A stretch of DNA of 44,011 nucleotides from a candidate division FCPU426 bacterium (GCA_030637655.1 DAOWGI010000076.1:1-44011), one strand, 5' to 3'. Positions 22,306-32,146 are shown, numbered from the stretch's first letter. A program made the numbers and translations. The notes: a model not told the origin generated them from the letters alone.

Positions 22306-22328
22306 AATGATGAAAACAGGAACTTGAA

Positions 22329-25300
22329 ATGCCTTTTAACAATTTTATTCATTTGCATGTTCACTCCGAGTATTCTCTGCTCGACGGTGCCTGCCGTATT
22401 GAGGCCTTGATCCAGCGTGCGCGTGAATTGCGTATGCCGGCTCTGGCGATTACAGATCATGGCGCTATGTATGGCGCTATTGAATTTTATCATGCTTGTT
22501 TGAAAAATGGAATTAAACCCATTATCGGCATGGAAGCCTATCTGGCCGGCGGATCACGCCTGGATAAGCACAGCAAGCATGGGATAAAGGATGCGGCGTA
22601 TCACCTTACCTTGCTGGCCAAAGACTATGTTGGATACCAAAATTTAGTATCACTCTCGACCATCGGTTTTTTACAAGGATTTTACTATCGCCCCCGGATT
22701 GATAAAGAGGTTTTAGCAAAACACGCGCAAGGATTGATCGGGATGTCAGCCTGCTTACAGGGTGAGATTCCCATGCTTCTCCAGAAGGGTGAGATGCCAT
22801 TGGCTCGCCAAGTCGCGGAGGAGTATTATCAAATATTCGGCGCCGGCAATTTTTATCTGGAACTCATGGATCAAAATTTGCCGACTCAAGGAGCTGTCAA
22901 TCGCGGTTTGGTGGATTTGTCACGGGATTTAAATCTGCCCCTGGTCGCCACCAATGATGTGCATTATTTACGTCGCGAGGATGCTTTGGCCCAGGAAGCC
23001 TTGCTCTGTCTGCAAACCGGCACCGTCATGAGTGATGAGCGGCGTATGCGTCTACCCACAGAAGAGTTCTACCTGAAATCCGGCGCGGAGATGGAATCGT
23101 TATTTCATGAATTGCCGGAAGCTGCTCAGAACACCTCGGAAATAGCCAATCGCTGCAATTTGGAAATCCCCGCCAACCGGATTCAATTACCGCATTATCC
23201 AATTCCGGAGGAGGTTATTCCGCAAATTCGTCTCATACAGGAGCAAAAGCAGCTTTCGGATTTGGACGCATTTCTGGAGTGGTTGTGCCAAAAAGGACTT
23301 CAGAAAAAATATGCTCAGGCAAATACCGCGGTTCAGGAACGACTGGCGCATGAGTTGCAGGTGATCACAGAAATGGGCTATGCCGCGTATTTTCTCATTG
23401 TCTGGGATTTTATTCGCTATGCGCGTAAGCAGAGTATTCCGGTTGGACCTGGGCGAGGATCTGTGGCCGGCTCCTTGGCAGCCTATTTATTGGAAATTAC
23501 AGATATCGATCCGCTGAAGTATGGACTGATTTTTGAACGTTTCTTAAATCCGGAGCGTATTTCCATGCCGGATATTGATGTGGATTTTTCAGATATCGGA
23601 CGGGAGGCGGTTATCCGTTACGTGACTCAGAAATACAGCCAGGAAAATGTAGCCCAAATTATTACTTTTGGAACATTGGCAGCCAGGGCGGCAGTGCGCG
23701 ATGTGGGCCGGGTATTGAATCATTCCTACGACAAAGTGGACCGTCTGGCCAAACTCATTCCCCAAGCTCCGGACATGACCATTGCCCGGGCCATGGACCA
23801 AGTTCCGGAATTGAAAAACCAATATGACTCTGAAGAAAAAGTTCGCGAACTTTTAGACATAGCCCTGACCCTGGAAGGTCAGGTTCGCCATGCGTCTACG
23901 CATGCGGCCGGTGTGGTAATTTCGCGTGAACCACTGATGGCCATGGTTCCTTTGTGCCGGACCAAAACCGGCAGAAGCGGAGAAGGTGGCAGCGAGGTTG
24001 ATAAGGGGTCTACCTTAACCACACAGTATGCCATGGAGTCTTTGGAACGCCTGGGGCTCTTGAAAATGGATTTTTTGGGCCTGCGCACCTTGACGATTAT
24101 TCGGGATGCCCTGGAGGAAAATTATTGTCAGACGCAGGTGCGCTTGGATATAAAAAATATTTCTCTGGAGGATGAAAAAACTTTTACGTTTTTGGGAGAG
24201 GGTCAGACTGCCGGTATCTTCCAGTTGGAGTCCTCCGGTATGCGGGATTTGCTCAAACGACTGAAACCACGTTCGCTGGAAGAAATTTGCGCCTTGATCG
24301 CGCTCTATCGTCCGGGTCCCATGGCTATTATTGATGATTATATTCTGCGCAAGCGCGGGCGTGTGCCCATACGCTATGCTCACCCGGAATTGGAAACCAT
24401 ACTCAAAGAGACATATGGAACTATTGTATATCAAGAACAAGTCATGCAAATTGCCGTACAACTGGGTGGCTTTACGTATGGACAAGCGGATATCTTGAGA
24501 CGGGCCATGGGAAAAAAGAATCCGGAGATCATTGAGCAGCAGCGTGATAATTTTATACAGGGAGCCAAAGCCGGGGAAATTGAGCATGAGACCGCAGAAT
24601 CGATTTTTGATCATATGGCGCGTTTTGGTGAATATGGATTCAACAAATCCCACAGCTTAGCCTATGCCTTGTTGGCCTATCAAACAGCATACTTGAAAGC
24701 CAATTATCCTCTGGCCTATATGGCTGCTTTGTTATCCAATGAAATGGGGAACACCGATAAAGTCGCTAAATATATTGCCGAGTGCCGGCGTATGGGGCTC
24801 ACCGTAGCGCCGCCGGATGTGAATGCCGGTCGTGACCGTTTTTCGGTTGATTTCGATACCATTCGATTTGGGCTGGCAGCGATACGTAATGTAGGGACCC
24901 AAGCGGCCCAGGTTATTCACTTGGAGCGCGAGGCCCAAGGTCCGTTTGCCTCGCTGGCGGATTTTTGCAATCGCGTGGATATTAAGACGGTGAACGCCAG
25001 AGTGATCGAGAGTTTGGTTAAAGCCGGGGCTTTTGATTTTACCGGACAAGCACGCACGCAGTTGCTGCAGGCTATTTCACAAGCGCTGCCGGCTGCGCAA
25101 AAAATCCAGGCGGATAAACAATTGGGGCAGTTGGCCATGTTTGATCAGGTGGCAGCCACGCCCATAAGGGCGGCAGTGATCATATTGCCGGAAAACGAGA
25201 AAGAGCGTTTGGCCAATGAGAAAGAGGTGTTGGGATTTTATTTGTCCGGACATCCATTGGCTGAACATCAGGAGTTGTTGGATCGCTTTAAAACAGTTAC

Positions 25301-25844
25301 CACCCAGTCCATGCATACCCTTAATGAAGGGCAGCCGTTGATTTTGGGCGGTGAAGTGGTCGGGGTCCGGCACAGCATTACCAAACGCAAAGAACCTATG
25401 GTGAGATTTTCTCTGGATGATGGTGAGGGTTTGGTAGAAGTCCTGGTGTGGCCTGATTTGTTGGGCAGACATAAAACCTATTTAGTCAAAGATGCGATAC
25501 TGTTTGTGGTCGGACGCTTGGATCGCAGCGGTGATGACAGCAAAGTGGTGGCTACGGATATTGTGCCATTAAGTCAGGCTTATTCGCAGCTCTCGAAAAA
25601 ACTACATCTTTACTTACCCTTGACCATGGGGATCGAACAATTAGAGGTATTAAAGAATACGTTGTTGCGGCACAGTGGCGCCACACCGGTTACTTTGCAT
25701 TTGCAAACCGCACATCATGGAGAAGTGGTGGAACAGTTGCCAAAACGATACGGGGTCACGGTGGACATGAAATTAATGGAGGAATTAAAAAGGCTGGTTG
25801 AGAGGGAACGCGTTGTAATTGACAGCGTAGTGAAGAAAAGCTAA
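22329..25844 (+). CDS. dnaE: DNA polymerase III alpha subunit
   Basis: PHP motif HLHVHSEYSLLDG, GPGRGS, MPDIDVDF, LLKMDFLGL, YGFNKSH, C-terminal OB fold; no intein seen. Confidence 0.98.
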   Translation: MPFNNFIHLHVHSEYSLLDGACRIEALIQRARELRMPALAITDHGAMYGAIEFYHACLKNGIKPIIGMEAYLAGGSRLDKHSKHGIKDAAYHLTLLAKDYVGYQNLVSLSTIGFLQGFYYRPRIDKEVLAKHAQGLIGMSACLQGEIPMLLQKGEMPLARQVAEEYYQIFGAGNFYLELMDQNLPTQGAVNRGLVDLSRDLNLPLVATNDVHYLRREDALAQEALLCLQTGTVMSDERRMRLPTEEFYLKSGAEMESLFHELPEAAQNTSEIANRCNLEIPANRIQLPHYPIPEEVIPQIRLIQEQKQLSDLDAFLEWLCQKGLQKKYAQANTAVQERLAHELQVITEMGYAAYFLIVWDFIRYARKQSIPVGPGRGSVAGSLAAYLLEITDIDPLKYGLIFERFLNPERISMPDIDVDFSDIGREAVIRYVTQKYSQENVAQIITFGTLAARAAVRDVGRVLNHSYDKVDRLAKLIPQAPDMTIARAMDQVPELKNQYDSEEKVRELLDIALTLEGQVRHASTHAAGVVISREPLMAMVPLCRTKTGRSGEGGSEVDKGSTLTTQYAMESLERLGLLKMDFLGLRTLTIIRDALEENYCQTQVRLDIKNISLEDEKTFTFLGEGQTAGIFQLESSGMRDLLKRLKPRSLEEICALIALYRPGPMAIIDDYILRKRGRVPIRYAHPELETILKETYGTIVYQEQVMQIAVQLGGFTYGQADILRRAMGKKNPEIIEQQRDNFIQGAKAGEIEHETAESIFDHMARFGEYGFNKSHSLAYALLAYQTAYLKANYPLAYMAALLSNEMGNTDKVAKYIAECRRMGLTVAPPDVNAGRDRFSVDFDTIRFGLAAIRNVGTQAAQVIHLEREAQGPFASLADFCNRVDIKTVNARVIESLVKAGAFDFTGQARTQLLQAISQALPAAQKIQADKQLGQLAMFDQVAATPIRAAVIILPENEKERLANEKEVLGFYLSGHPLAEHQELLDRFKTVTTQSMHTLNEGQPLILGGEVVGVRHSITKRKEPMVRFSLDDGEGLVEVLVWPDLLGRHKTYLVKDAILFVVGRLDRSGDDSKVVATDIVPLSQAYSQLSKKLHLYLPLTMGIEQLEVLKNTLLRHSGATPVTLHLQTAHHGEVVEQLPKRYGVTVDMKLMEELKRLVERERVVIDSVVKKS

Positions 25845-25849
25845 GAACC

Positions 25850-28141
25850 CTACTTGGGAACGGACGGATTTATTATCATATGTCCTGAGGAGGCAGTGGG
25901 ATTAGCTTGATGCCGTTCCAGCATTTGTTTGGCTGGTTTGAAATCGGGATTTATCTCCAGGACTTTTTGCCAGTGCGCGACAGCCTGGGCAATATTGGAC
26001 AGGCGCGCGCTGGTTACTCCCAAATTAAAATATGCTTCCGAATAATCGGTTTTATACGTTACGGCTTTTTCATAATAGATAATCGCTTTGTGCAATTGAT
26101 TGAGATTGTAGTAATTGTTGGCAGCTGTAAAACTCAGACGTGCCGCTTCCTTTGTATGAAAGGTAGATAATTTATCCATAACCTCGACAAATTTTGTTTC
26201 CTTTTGATGGGCATGATAGGTCATGGCTAAATTTTGGTAAAACAGCACTGTTACCGGGGCATAGTGAATTGCTTGTTTATAATAGTGAACAGAATTCCTA
26301 AAATGCTCTTGCCGGGCCGGTTCAATCGCCGCTGCTAAGGCGTAGGCTCTGCCCAAGTTGCCGAGGTAGTAAGCGTTGGTAGGATTCATTTCTACGCCTT
26401 GCCGGTATGATTCAAGCGCTTTCTGTACATAACCCAGGCGTTGGTTGGCAGGCGCTTGCTTGGCCTTTTCTTCATAGGCCAAGCCTTGGTATACCATATA
26501 TTTCACCTCAGTCGGGGTGTATTTAGCAGCTTTGGAAAAGGCGGCAATACAATGATCCCACCTTTGACGAAGACGGTAAATGGTCCCCAGGTTGTACGCG
26601 TAATCCGCCAAGGCACTGCGCAGGACACACCAAGACATGAAGAGGGAGAAAGCGAGTAAGGCAAGCATGACAGGAATGCGAAATTGAGTCAGCGTTTTAA
26701 ACAAGACACTCGGTTTGCCGGCAGGTTTTTGCTGCGGTGCCAGTTGGGATTGCTTTTCCGGAGTGTCTAAAAAGAGCACAATAAAAACAATAATCAACCA
26801 GTAAAAAGAATCCAGAGCCACGACCCCGAAGGAAAAAAGATTTTGCACGGAATACGCGGTCCAACTGGCCAAAAGTCCCACTAAAACCAGGCGATCCTGC
26901 CAATTGTTTTTGCTCAGACCGTAGGCCTTCCACCAATTAATTAAAATCATGATAGTCAGCCAGGTGACAATAATCAAACCGATTATTCCCTGAGTGGCCA
27001 GTACTTGCAGAATCTCATTATGCGCCGTACGGGAGGATACATTGGCACCGTCAATAGCCGCGAAATCCGGAGTTGCGTATCGCGGGAAAACAGTTTTAAA
27101 GGTATCCAGACCGGTTCCCAAGATGGGGTAATCTTTAATCATACCCATGGCCGGTCCCCAAATATGCAAACGAGAGACTTTCAAGGCGCTTTTTAAATGA
27201 ACAATAGTATCCACCATGCGGAGCATGTGATTTTTACCAAAAGTAACTGAGATCGCGATGACAATTGCCAGGGTGACGCCTATAAGCAGTGTCCAAAACT
27301 CATGCTTTTGCAGGAATTCACGCGCGCTAACAGACACCTGCGTTTTTTGCTGTTGCGATTGTGTTTGCAGATAACGGAAAGCGCGCACCAGACCGAATAA
27401 AATCAAGATGCCCAGCGCAGTCAGCAGACCCAGAAATCCGCCGCGTGACCAGGTGCCCATCAGGGCGGTGAACATAACTACAAAACAGATAAACAACAAA
27501 GCGCGGTAGAGCGTTGATTTGGTTTCAACAAAGAAAATGACCAACAAAGGCATGACCATAGCCAAGTAAGCGGCTAAAAAATTCGGATTGCCCAGGCTGG
27601 AAAAGTAGCGTCCGGGAGCAATGGAGGCAGGATTCCAGGCAATAAAGTCAATTCCAAAAAATTGTGTTACCCCGTAAATGGTGGTTAATAGTCCGGCAGT
27701 TAAAATTGTTTTGAGCAAGCGATTGACTTGGGCGCGCGTGCGAATAAAATTAACAGCAATATAATAGAGGGCAACATAATTTAGCATAGTCAATAGACCG
27801 CGGAAATTTTCATACTCACCGCGATACGAGACATAGGGAGAAACAGTGACCAGGGTAGTGAGAATTTGCAGGCCGGCCCAGACCAAAATAGGAAGATCCA
27901 AAGGAGTACGCCGAAATTGCAGTTGTTTGGCTGCCAGGATACGAATGCCCCATACTGCGAGCATTAGCCAGGTTAAAATGCGGAAGACAGTTAATTTGGG
28001 CAACTCAAATTGATCCCGCGTTAGAATGATGAAAAAGAGCGGAATAGCGAGCATGACCATATTTAGCAAAAAAACATTTACAAAGTCACAGATTTTGATA
28101 ATTCGGGTTTCCACTTTGAATTGCGATGATTGAGTTGCCAC
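25850..28141 (-). CDS. O-antigen ligase / Wzy_C-family membrane glycosyltransferase with C-terminal TPRs
   Basis: Many TM helices, SSLGNPNFLAAYL, TWSRGG, SRLHIW....MIKDYPILGTG, AHNEILQ, then TPR repeats. Confidence 0.88.
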   Translation of the reverse strand: MATQSSQFKVETRIIKICDFVNVFLLNMVMLAIPLFFIILTRDQFELPKLTVFRILTWLMLAVWGIRILAAKQLQFRRTPLDLPILVWAGLQILTTLVTVSPYVSYRGEYENFRGLLTMLNYVALYYIAVNFIRTRAQVNRLLKTILTAGLLTTIYGVTQFFGIDFIAWNPASIAPGRYFSSLGNPNFLAAYLAMVMPLLVIFFVETKSTLYRALLFICFVVMFTALMGTWSRGGFLGLLTALGILILFGLVRAFRYLQTQSQQQKTQVSVSAREFLQKHEFWTLLIGVTLAIVIAISVTFGKNHMLRMVDTIVHLKSALKVSRLHIWGPAMGMIKDYPILGTGLDTFKTVFPRYATPDFAAIDGANVSSRTAHNEILQVLATQGIIGLIIVTWLTIMILINWWKAYGLSKNNWQDRLVLVGLLASWTAYSVQNLFSFGVVALDSFYWLIIVFIVLFLDTPEKQSQLAPQQKPAGKPSVLFKTLTQFRIPVMLALLAFSLFMSWCVLRSALADYAYNLGTIYRLRQRWDHCIAAFSKAAKYTPTEVKYMVYQGLAYEEKAKQAPANQRLGYVQKALESYRQGVEMNPTNAYYLGNLGRAYALAAAIEPARQEHFRNSVHYYKQAIHYAPVTVLFYQNLAMTYHAHQKETKFVEVMDKLSTFHTKEAARLSFTAANNYYNLNQLHKAIIYYEKAVTYKTDYSEAYFNLGVTSARLSNIAQAVAHWQKVLEINPDFKPAKQMLERHQANPTASSGHMIINPSVPK

Positions 28142-28176
28142 GTACTATAGGCCTCCTGGAAGATATCAAGACCCAT

Positions 28177-28205
28177 ATAATATGGGAGCAGAGTGGGTGT
28201 GTCAA
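28177..28205 (-). promoter_or_regulatory. Sigma70-type promoter of the O-antigen-ligase gene
   Basis: Minus strand TTGACA-N17-TATTAT. Confidence 0.65.
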
Positions 28206-28240
28206 TAGAATGGTTGGTTTAAACACGAAGTTTTACAAAA

Positions 28241-28505
28241 GATGAAGGGACAGAACCTTCGGCATCGTCTTGCACAAGGGGGGCCAAACCGTCTTGCGCT
28301 GCTGTGTACAAAAGACATGGTGGTGAGCGTCAAGAGAAGGTATGAACAGAGAAGATGAACGAAAGTGAATTACTGTTAAAGTGTCGAAAGTAACCGAGAA
28401 GATGTCGAAACCAAAGCATGGTGGAGTTTTGGGATAAGGGCAGTAGAAATGTGCTTACTGACTGCTCGGCATCCGGAATAGAGGTAGCATGAGCTCTGTT
28501 CGGAC
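28241..28505 (+). mobile_element. Group II intron remnant (domain I only; resembles bacterial class D / RmInt1-like)
   Basis: Collinear motifs CAAACC..GCTGCTG..TGGTGGTGAGCGTC, GA(T)GAACGAAAGTGAA, GTGTCG, GTCGAAACCA, GGGATAAG, GGCATCCGG..TAGAGG..GCATGAG match my recollection of class D domain I; no RT ORF or domain V/VI follows. Confidence 0.75.
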
Positions 28506-28517
28506 GAAATTACAGCC

Positions 28518-28546
28518 TTGACTCGTAGCGTATCCTATATTACTAT
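28518..28546 (+). promoter_or_regulatory. Sigma70-type promoter upstream of the inositol operon leader
   Basis: TTGACT-N17-TACTAT. Confidence 0.6.
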
Positions 28547-28556
28547 CATTCTTCTT

Positions 28557-28685
28557 CTCCCCTTCACAGGAGACCCCGTGCATGCGCGGGAAGGAAATAC
28601 GGTTCTTCCTGCTCCGGTGATGTCGTCCTGCCAAAGCAGGGTGCGGCGAGGTCAAGAGGGGTACCCCGGGCAGGCCTCAGGGGAG
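28557..28685 (+). ncRNA. Candidate structured RNA / cis-regulatory leader of unknown family
   Basis: Closing stem CTCCCCT/AGGGGAG; inner GACC-CCGTGC/GTGCGG-CGA-GGTC; hairpins GCGGGAAGGAA/TTCTTCCTGC and CCTGC-CAAA-GCAGG; GGGGTACCCC; begins at the predicted transcription start. Confidence 0.45.
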
Positions 28686-28864
28686 CTCCATTAACGCAGA
28701 GATACCATCGGGTCGGACTTCCTCTGGTTTATTCGTCATTGGGACAATACTGGAAACCGAGAAATGGTGGCCAGCTTTGTTCTGGAAGATATCAAACGAA
28801 GCAAAGAAAACTACTCTGAAAAAAACGTATTTATCGAGAATATATAAAGGAGTTAAATAAAGCT

Positions 28865-29980
28865 ATGGACAAAATAAAAATTGCTATTATTGGAGTTGGG
28901 AACTGTACCAGTTCCTTGATACAAGGCATTTACTACTATCGGAGAAAGACCCAGCAAAATGCCAATGGACTGATGCATTGGGAGATTGGCGGGTACAAAC
29001 CTGGCGATATCGAGGTTGTTGCGGCCTTCGATATTGACAAGCGCAAAGTCGGCATTGATGTGCACAAGGCCATTTTTTCCGATCCCAACTGTACAACAGT
29101 TTTCTGTTCCGACATCCCAAAATCCGGAGTTGTCGTTAAAATGGGGAGAATCCTGGATGGGTTTTCAGAACATATGAATAATTACGATGAAAAACGCGCT
29201 TTTGTGCCGGCAGACAAGCCAGAACCGAACGAAGAAGAAATCGTCAAGATACTGAAGGACTCCGGCGCCGAAATTCTCTTGAACTACCTCCCGGTCGGTT
29301 CCGAGGAGGCAACCCGGTTTTATGTCGGTTGTGCGTTGAAGGCTGGTTTGGCATTCATTAACAACATTCCGGTTTTTATTGCCAGCGATCCTGAAGGACC
29401 CTGGGCAAAGCATTTTGAAGAAGCCAGTCTCCCTCTAATTGGCGATGACATCAAGGCCCAGTTGGGAGCAACTATTACCCATCGTACGCTGACTGATCTG
29501 TTCGCAAAGCGTGGGGTCAAACTGGAGCGCACCTACCAGCTCAATACCGGTGGCAACACCGATTTTCTCAACATGCTCAACCATCAGCGTCTGGCTTCCA
29601 AGAAAGTGTCCAAGACCGAGGCAGTACAGGCTGTAGCCGCCCACCGCATGGACGATGACAACATCCATGTCGGTCCCAGTGATTATGTGCCCTGGCAGAA
29701 CGACAACAAGGTTTGTTTCATGCGCATGGAGGGCAGGCTGTTCGGTGATGTGCCCATGAATCTCGAGCTGCGTTTGTCAGTGGAGGATTCGCCCAACTCG
29801 GCCGGAGTGGCGATCGATACCATCCGGTGCGCCAAGCTGGCCTTGAGCCGTGGACAGGGTGGCATACTGGAAGCGCCGTCAGCTTATTTTTGCAAACATC
29901 CATTGCGGCAGTTCACTGACGATGAAGCGTTTCAGATGACAGAGAATTTTATCAACAAAGACCGAGGCAATGGGAATTAA
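28865..29980 (+). CDS. ino1: myo-inositol-1-phosphate synthase
   Basis: IAIIGVGNC, NYLPVGS, GDDIKAQLGAT, QLNTGGNTDFLNM, SKKVSKT, EDSPNSAG. Confidence 0.96.
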   Translation: MDKIKIAIIGVGNCTSSLIQGIYYYRRKTQQNANGLMHWEIGGYKPGDIEVVAAFDIDKRKVGIDVHKAIFSDPNCTTVFCSDIPKSGVVVKMGRILDGFSEHMNNYDEKRAFVPADKPEPNEEEIVKILKDSGAEILLNYLPVGSEEATRFYVGCALKAGLAFINNIPVFIASDPEGPWAKHFEEASLPLIGDDIKAQLGATITHRTLTDLFAKRGVKLERTYQLNTGGNTDFLNMLNHQRLASKKVSKTEAVQAVAAHRMDDDNIHVGPSDYVPWQNDNKVCFMRMEGRLFGDVPMNLELRLSVEDSPNSAGVAIDTIRCAKLALSRGQGGILEAPSAYFCKHPLRQFTDDEAFQMTENFINKDRGNGN

Positions 29981-31298
29981 GTGTCTGATCATAGCAGCAG
30001 GCCAGGGTAGCCGACTGCAGCCGAAGGGTAAAAGCAAGCCTCTCATCCCCATACTGGGTATTCCCCTTATCGAACGTGTGATCCGTTCTGCCATGGAAGC
30101 CGGGGCAGATGAGTTTTATGTTGTCATCGGCTACCAGATCGACCTGGTCCGTGATTTTCTGGAACAACTGGCTAAACGTCTCGCAATTCGGATCACGCCA
30201 CTGGTAAATGAAGATTGGGAGAAAGAAAACGGACTTTCAGTGCTCAAGGCGCAGGATGTTCTGCAAGAACCGTTTCTGCTGCTCATGGCGGATCATCTCT
30301 TTGATCCAAAGCTTATCCGCGCATTGACGACCTCCCCCCTGCTCGATGGAGAAGTAGCGCTCGTAGTGGATGACAATATTCACAATTCCATCATTGACAT
30401 GGATGATGTGACTCGCGTTAAGGTGGAAAACGGGAAGATCTGTGATATCGGCAAAGGGGTGACCGATTTCAACAGCTTCGATACCGGTATTTTTCTCTGC
30501 TCTTCTGCCATCTTTAAGGCACTGGAACAAAGTAGAGAAAAAAACGGCGATACAACACTATCCGGGGCAATACGTATCCTGGCTAAAGATGGACACGCCA
30601 AAGCGATCTCTATAAATGGTTTCTGGATTGATGTGGACGATCCTGCGGCCTTCAAAAGAGCGGAGAAGGCCCTGCTGGATCGTCTCCGGGACAAGCCAAC
30701 CGACGGGCCGGTATCTCAGCACTTGAACCGCCCCCTTTCTATAATGCTTTCCCGCCATTTGGCGAAGCTCGATATTACACCCAATCAAATTTCCCTGTTC
30801 TCATTTCTATGTTCCTTGCTGGCCGCCGGACTGTTTGTGTGGGGTGGATATATTTCTTTGCTCATAGGTGGTGTTCTGGCACAGTTTGCATCTATCATCG
30901 ATGGTTGCGACGGCGAAGTAGCCAGACTTAAGTACCAAAGCAGCGACTTCGGCGGCTGGTTCGATGCAGTGCTGGACCGCTATGCCGACGCCTTCCTGCT
31001 GTTCGGTTTAACCTGGCACCTGCTGGCAAGGGAAGCTAACGGCTGGGTTTTCTTCATCGGCTTCATGGCCATTATCGGTTCGTTCATGTTGAGTTACACC
31101 GCCGACAAATACGACAGCCTGATGCGCGAGTGTATTAAAGCCGGGGGGAGGGCCGGGTTGCGGATGGGGCGGGATGTGCGAGTGTTTCTCATCTTTCTTG
31201 GGGCAGCGACGAACATGGTACTCCCCCTGCTTGTGGTTATTGCCGTTATAATGAATGTTGAGACCCTGCGCCGTGTTAAGGTCGCCTGTGTTGACTAG
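29970..31298 (+). CDS. Bifunctional inositol-1-phosphate cytidylyltransferase / CDP-alcohol phosphotransferase (IPCT/DIPPS-type)
   Basis: N-terminal NTP transferase (AAGQGSRL..SKPL, ENGLS, MADH, DTGIF, WIDVD); C-terminal DGPVS..LNR, ITPNQIS and DGCDGEVAR...S..G.WFD..LD CDP-alcohol motif. Confidence 0.92.
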   Translation: MGIKCLIIAAGQGSRLQPKGKSKPLIPILGIPLIERVIRSAMEAGADEFYVVIGYQIDLVRDFLEQLAKRLAIRITPLVNEDWEKENGLSVLKAQDVLQEPFLLLMADHLFDPKLIRALTTSPLLDGEVALVVDDNIHNSIIDMDDVTRVKVENGKICDIGKGVTDFNSFDTGIFLCSSAIFKALEQSREKNGDTTLSGAIRILAKDGHAKAISINGFWIDVDDPAAFKRAEKALLDRLRDKPTDGPVSQHLNRPLSIMLSRHLAKLDITPNQISLFSFLCSLLAAGLFVWGGYISLLIGGVLAQFASIIDGCDGEVARLKYQSSDFGGWFDAVLDRYADAFLLFGLTWHLLAREANGWVFFIGFMAIIGSFMLSYTADKYDSLMRECIKAGGRAGLRMGRDVRVFLIFLGAATNMVLPLLVVIAVIMNVETLRRVKVACVD

Positions 31299-31857
31299 CA
31301 TCGAATGTGCGAAACAGAAAATCCGGCTCATCATTGCAGGCTCACAGGTGACCGAAGATCCGCGGCACGCCGATAACACCTTAGAGTGGCTTTTGCGGCT
31401 GGAGCCGGATGCCAGCGAAGCTTTACAGCTGGCAGCGCTGGCCCATGATATTGATCGGGCAATCGAGGAAGTCAAGGTAAGACGAGCGGACTTCAACAAT
31501 TACAACGTCTTCAAAACAGCCCATGCCCGAAACAGCGCGGAAATACTGCGCCCAATACTGGTCGCATGTAATGTGGAACAACATATTCTGGACGAAACCT
31601 GCCGTTTGGTGCAAGCCCATGAGGAGGGCGGCGATCCTAACTCTGATCTGCTCAAAGATGCAGACAGCATTTCCTATTTCGATGTCAACCTGCCGCTTTA
31701 TTTTCAGCGTGAAGGTTGGGACGAGACCAAGCGGAGATCACAATGGGGTTACCGCCGGCTTACTCCAAAAGCGCAAGAGATCGTCAAATACATCGACCAC
31801 GAGAACAAGGAACTGGCGCGTCTGTTGCGAGAGGTGATTCATGAAAGCGTCAGCTGA
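31291..31857 (+). CDS. HD-domain metal-dependent phosphohydrolase-like protein
   Basis: H (DPRHA), HD (ALAHDIDR), H (AHARNSA), HE, D (LKDADSISYF); probable TTG/GTG start overlapping the upstream stop. Confidence 0.8.
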   Translation: MTSIECAKQKIRLIIAGSQVTEDPRHADNTLEWLLRLEPDASEALQLAALAHDIDRAIEEVKVRRADFNNYNVFKTAHARNSAEILRPILVACNVEQHILDETCRLVQAHEEGGDPNSDLLKDADSISYFDVNLPLYFQREGWDETKRRSQWGYRRLTPKAQEIVKYIDHENKELARLLREVIHESVS

Positions 31858-31931
31858 TGACTTCCTCATGCACCATCTTTTCATGCATTGATGCGCTACT
31901 GCTTGTTTTTGGAGGGGCTAATGTGGTTATC

Positions 31932-32146
31932 TTAGTTTCCATGATTCGTATACCTCAGACACCTAACATGATCCAGGCAAGAGTACGGAAAACTGTCAAT
32001 TTTGGCAACTCAAATTGATCCCGCGTTAGAATGATGAAAAAGAGCGGAATAGTGAGCATGACCATATTTAGCAAAAAAACATTTACAAAGTCACAGATTT
32101 TGATAATTCGGGTTTCCGCTGCGAATTGCGGTGATTGAGTTGCCAC
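31932..32146 (-). pseudogene. Truncated second copy of the 5' end of the O-antigen-ligase gene
   Basis: VATQSPQFAAETRIIKICDFVNVFLLNMVML...MLGV*GIRI aligns with 28141 downward at an offset of 4005 nt; TGG has become TGA. Confidence 0.9.

Noticed and set aside
22329-25844. Intein in dnaE
   Set aside because: Length (1171 aa) is normal and no C/S...HN splice motifs interrupt conserved blocks
28197-28203. GTGTG as the 5' splice site of the group II intron remnant
   Set aside because: It overlaps the reverse-strand TTGACA -35 box of the ligase promoter and seems too close to the first recognisable domain I motif; probably coincidental
28557-28760. Assignment of the leader to yybP-ykoY, cobalamin, glycine, c-di-AMP riboswitch or 6S RNA
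   Set aside because: Only isolated short words match (AGGGGAG, GGGAAGG, CAGGAGACC, CTCAGG), not in the required order or structure
28701-28847. Short open frame DTIGSDFLWFIRHWDNTGNREMVASFVLEDIK... before ino1, faintly like an SGNH-hydrolase C-terminus
   Set aside because: No start codon for the full frame and the similarity is too weak to call without a search; if real, it would mean part of the leader is a gene remnant
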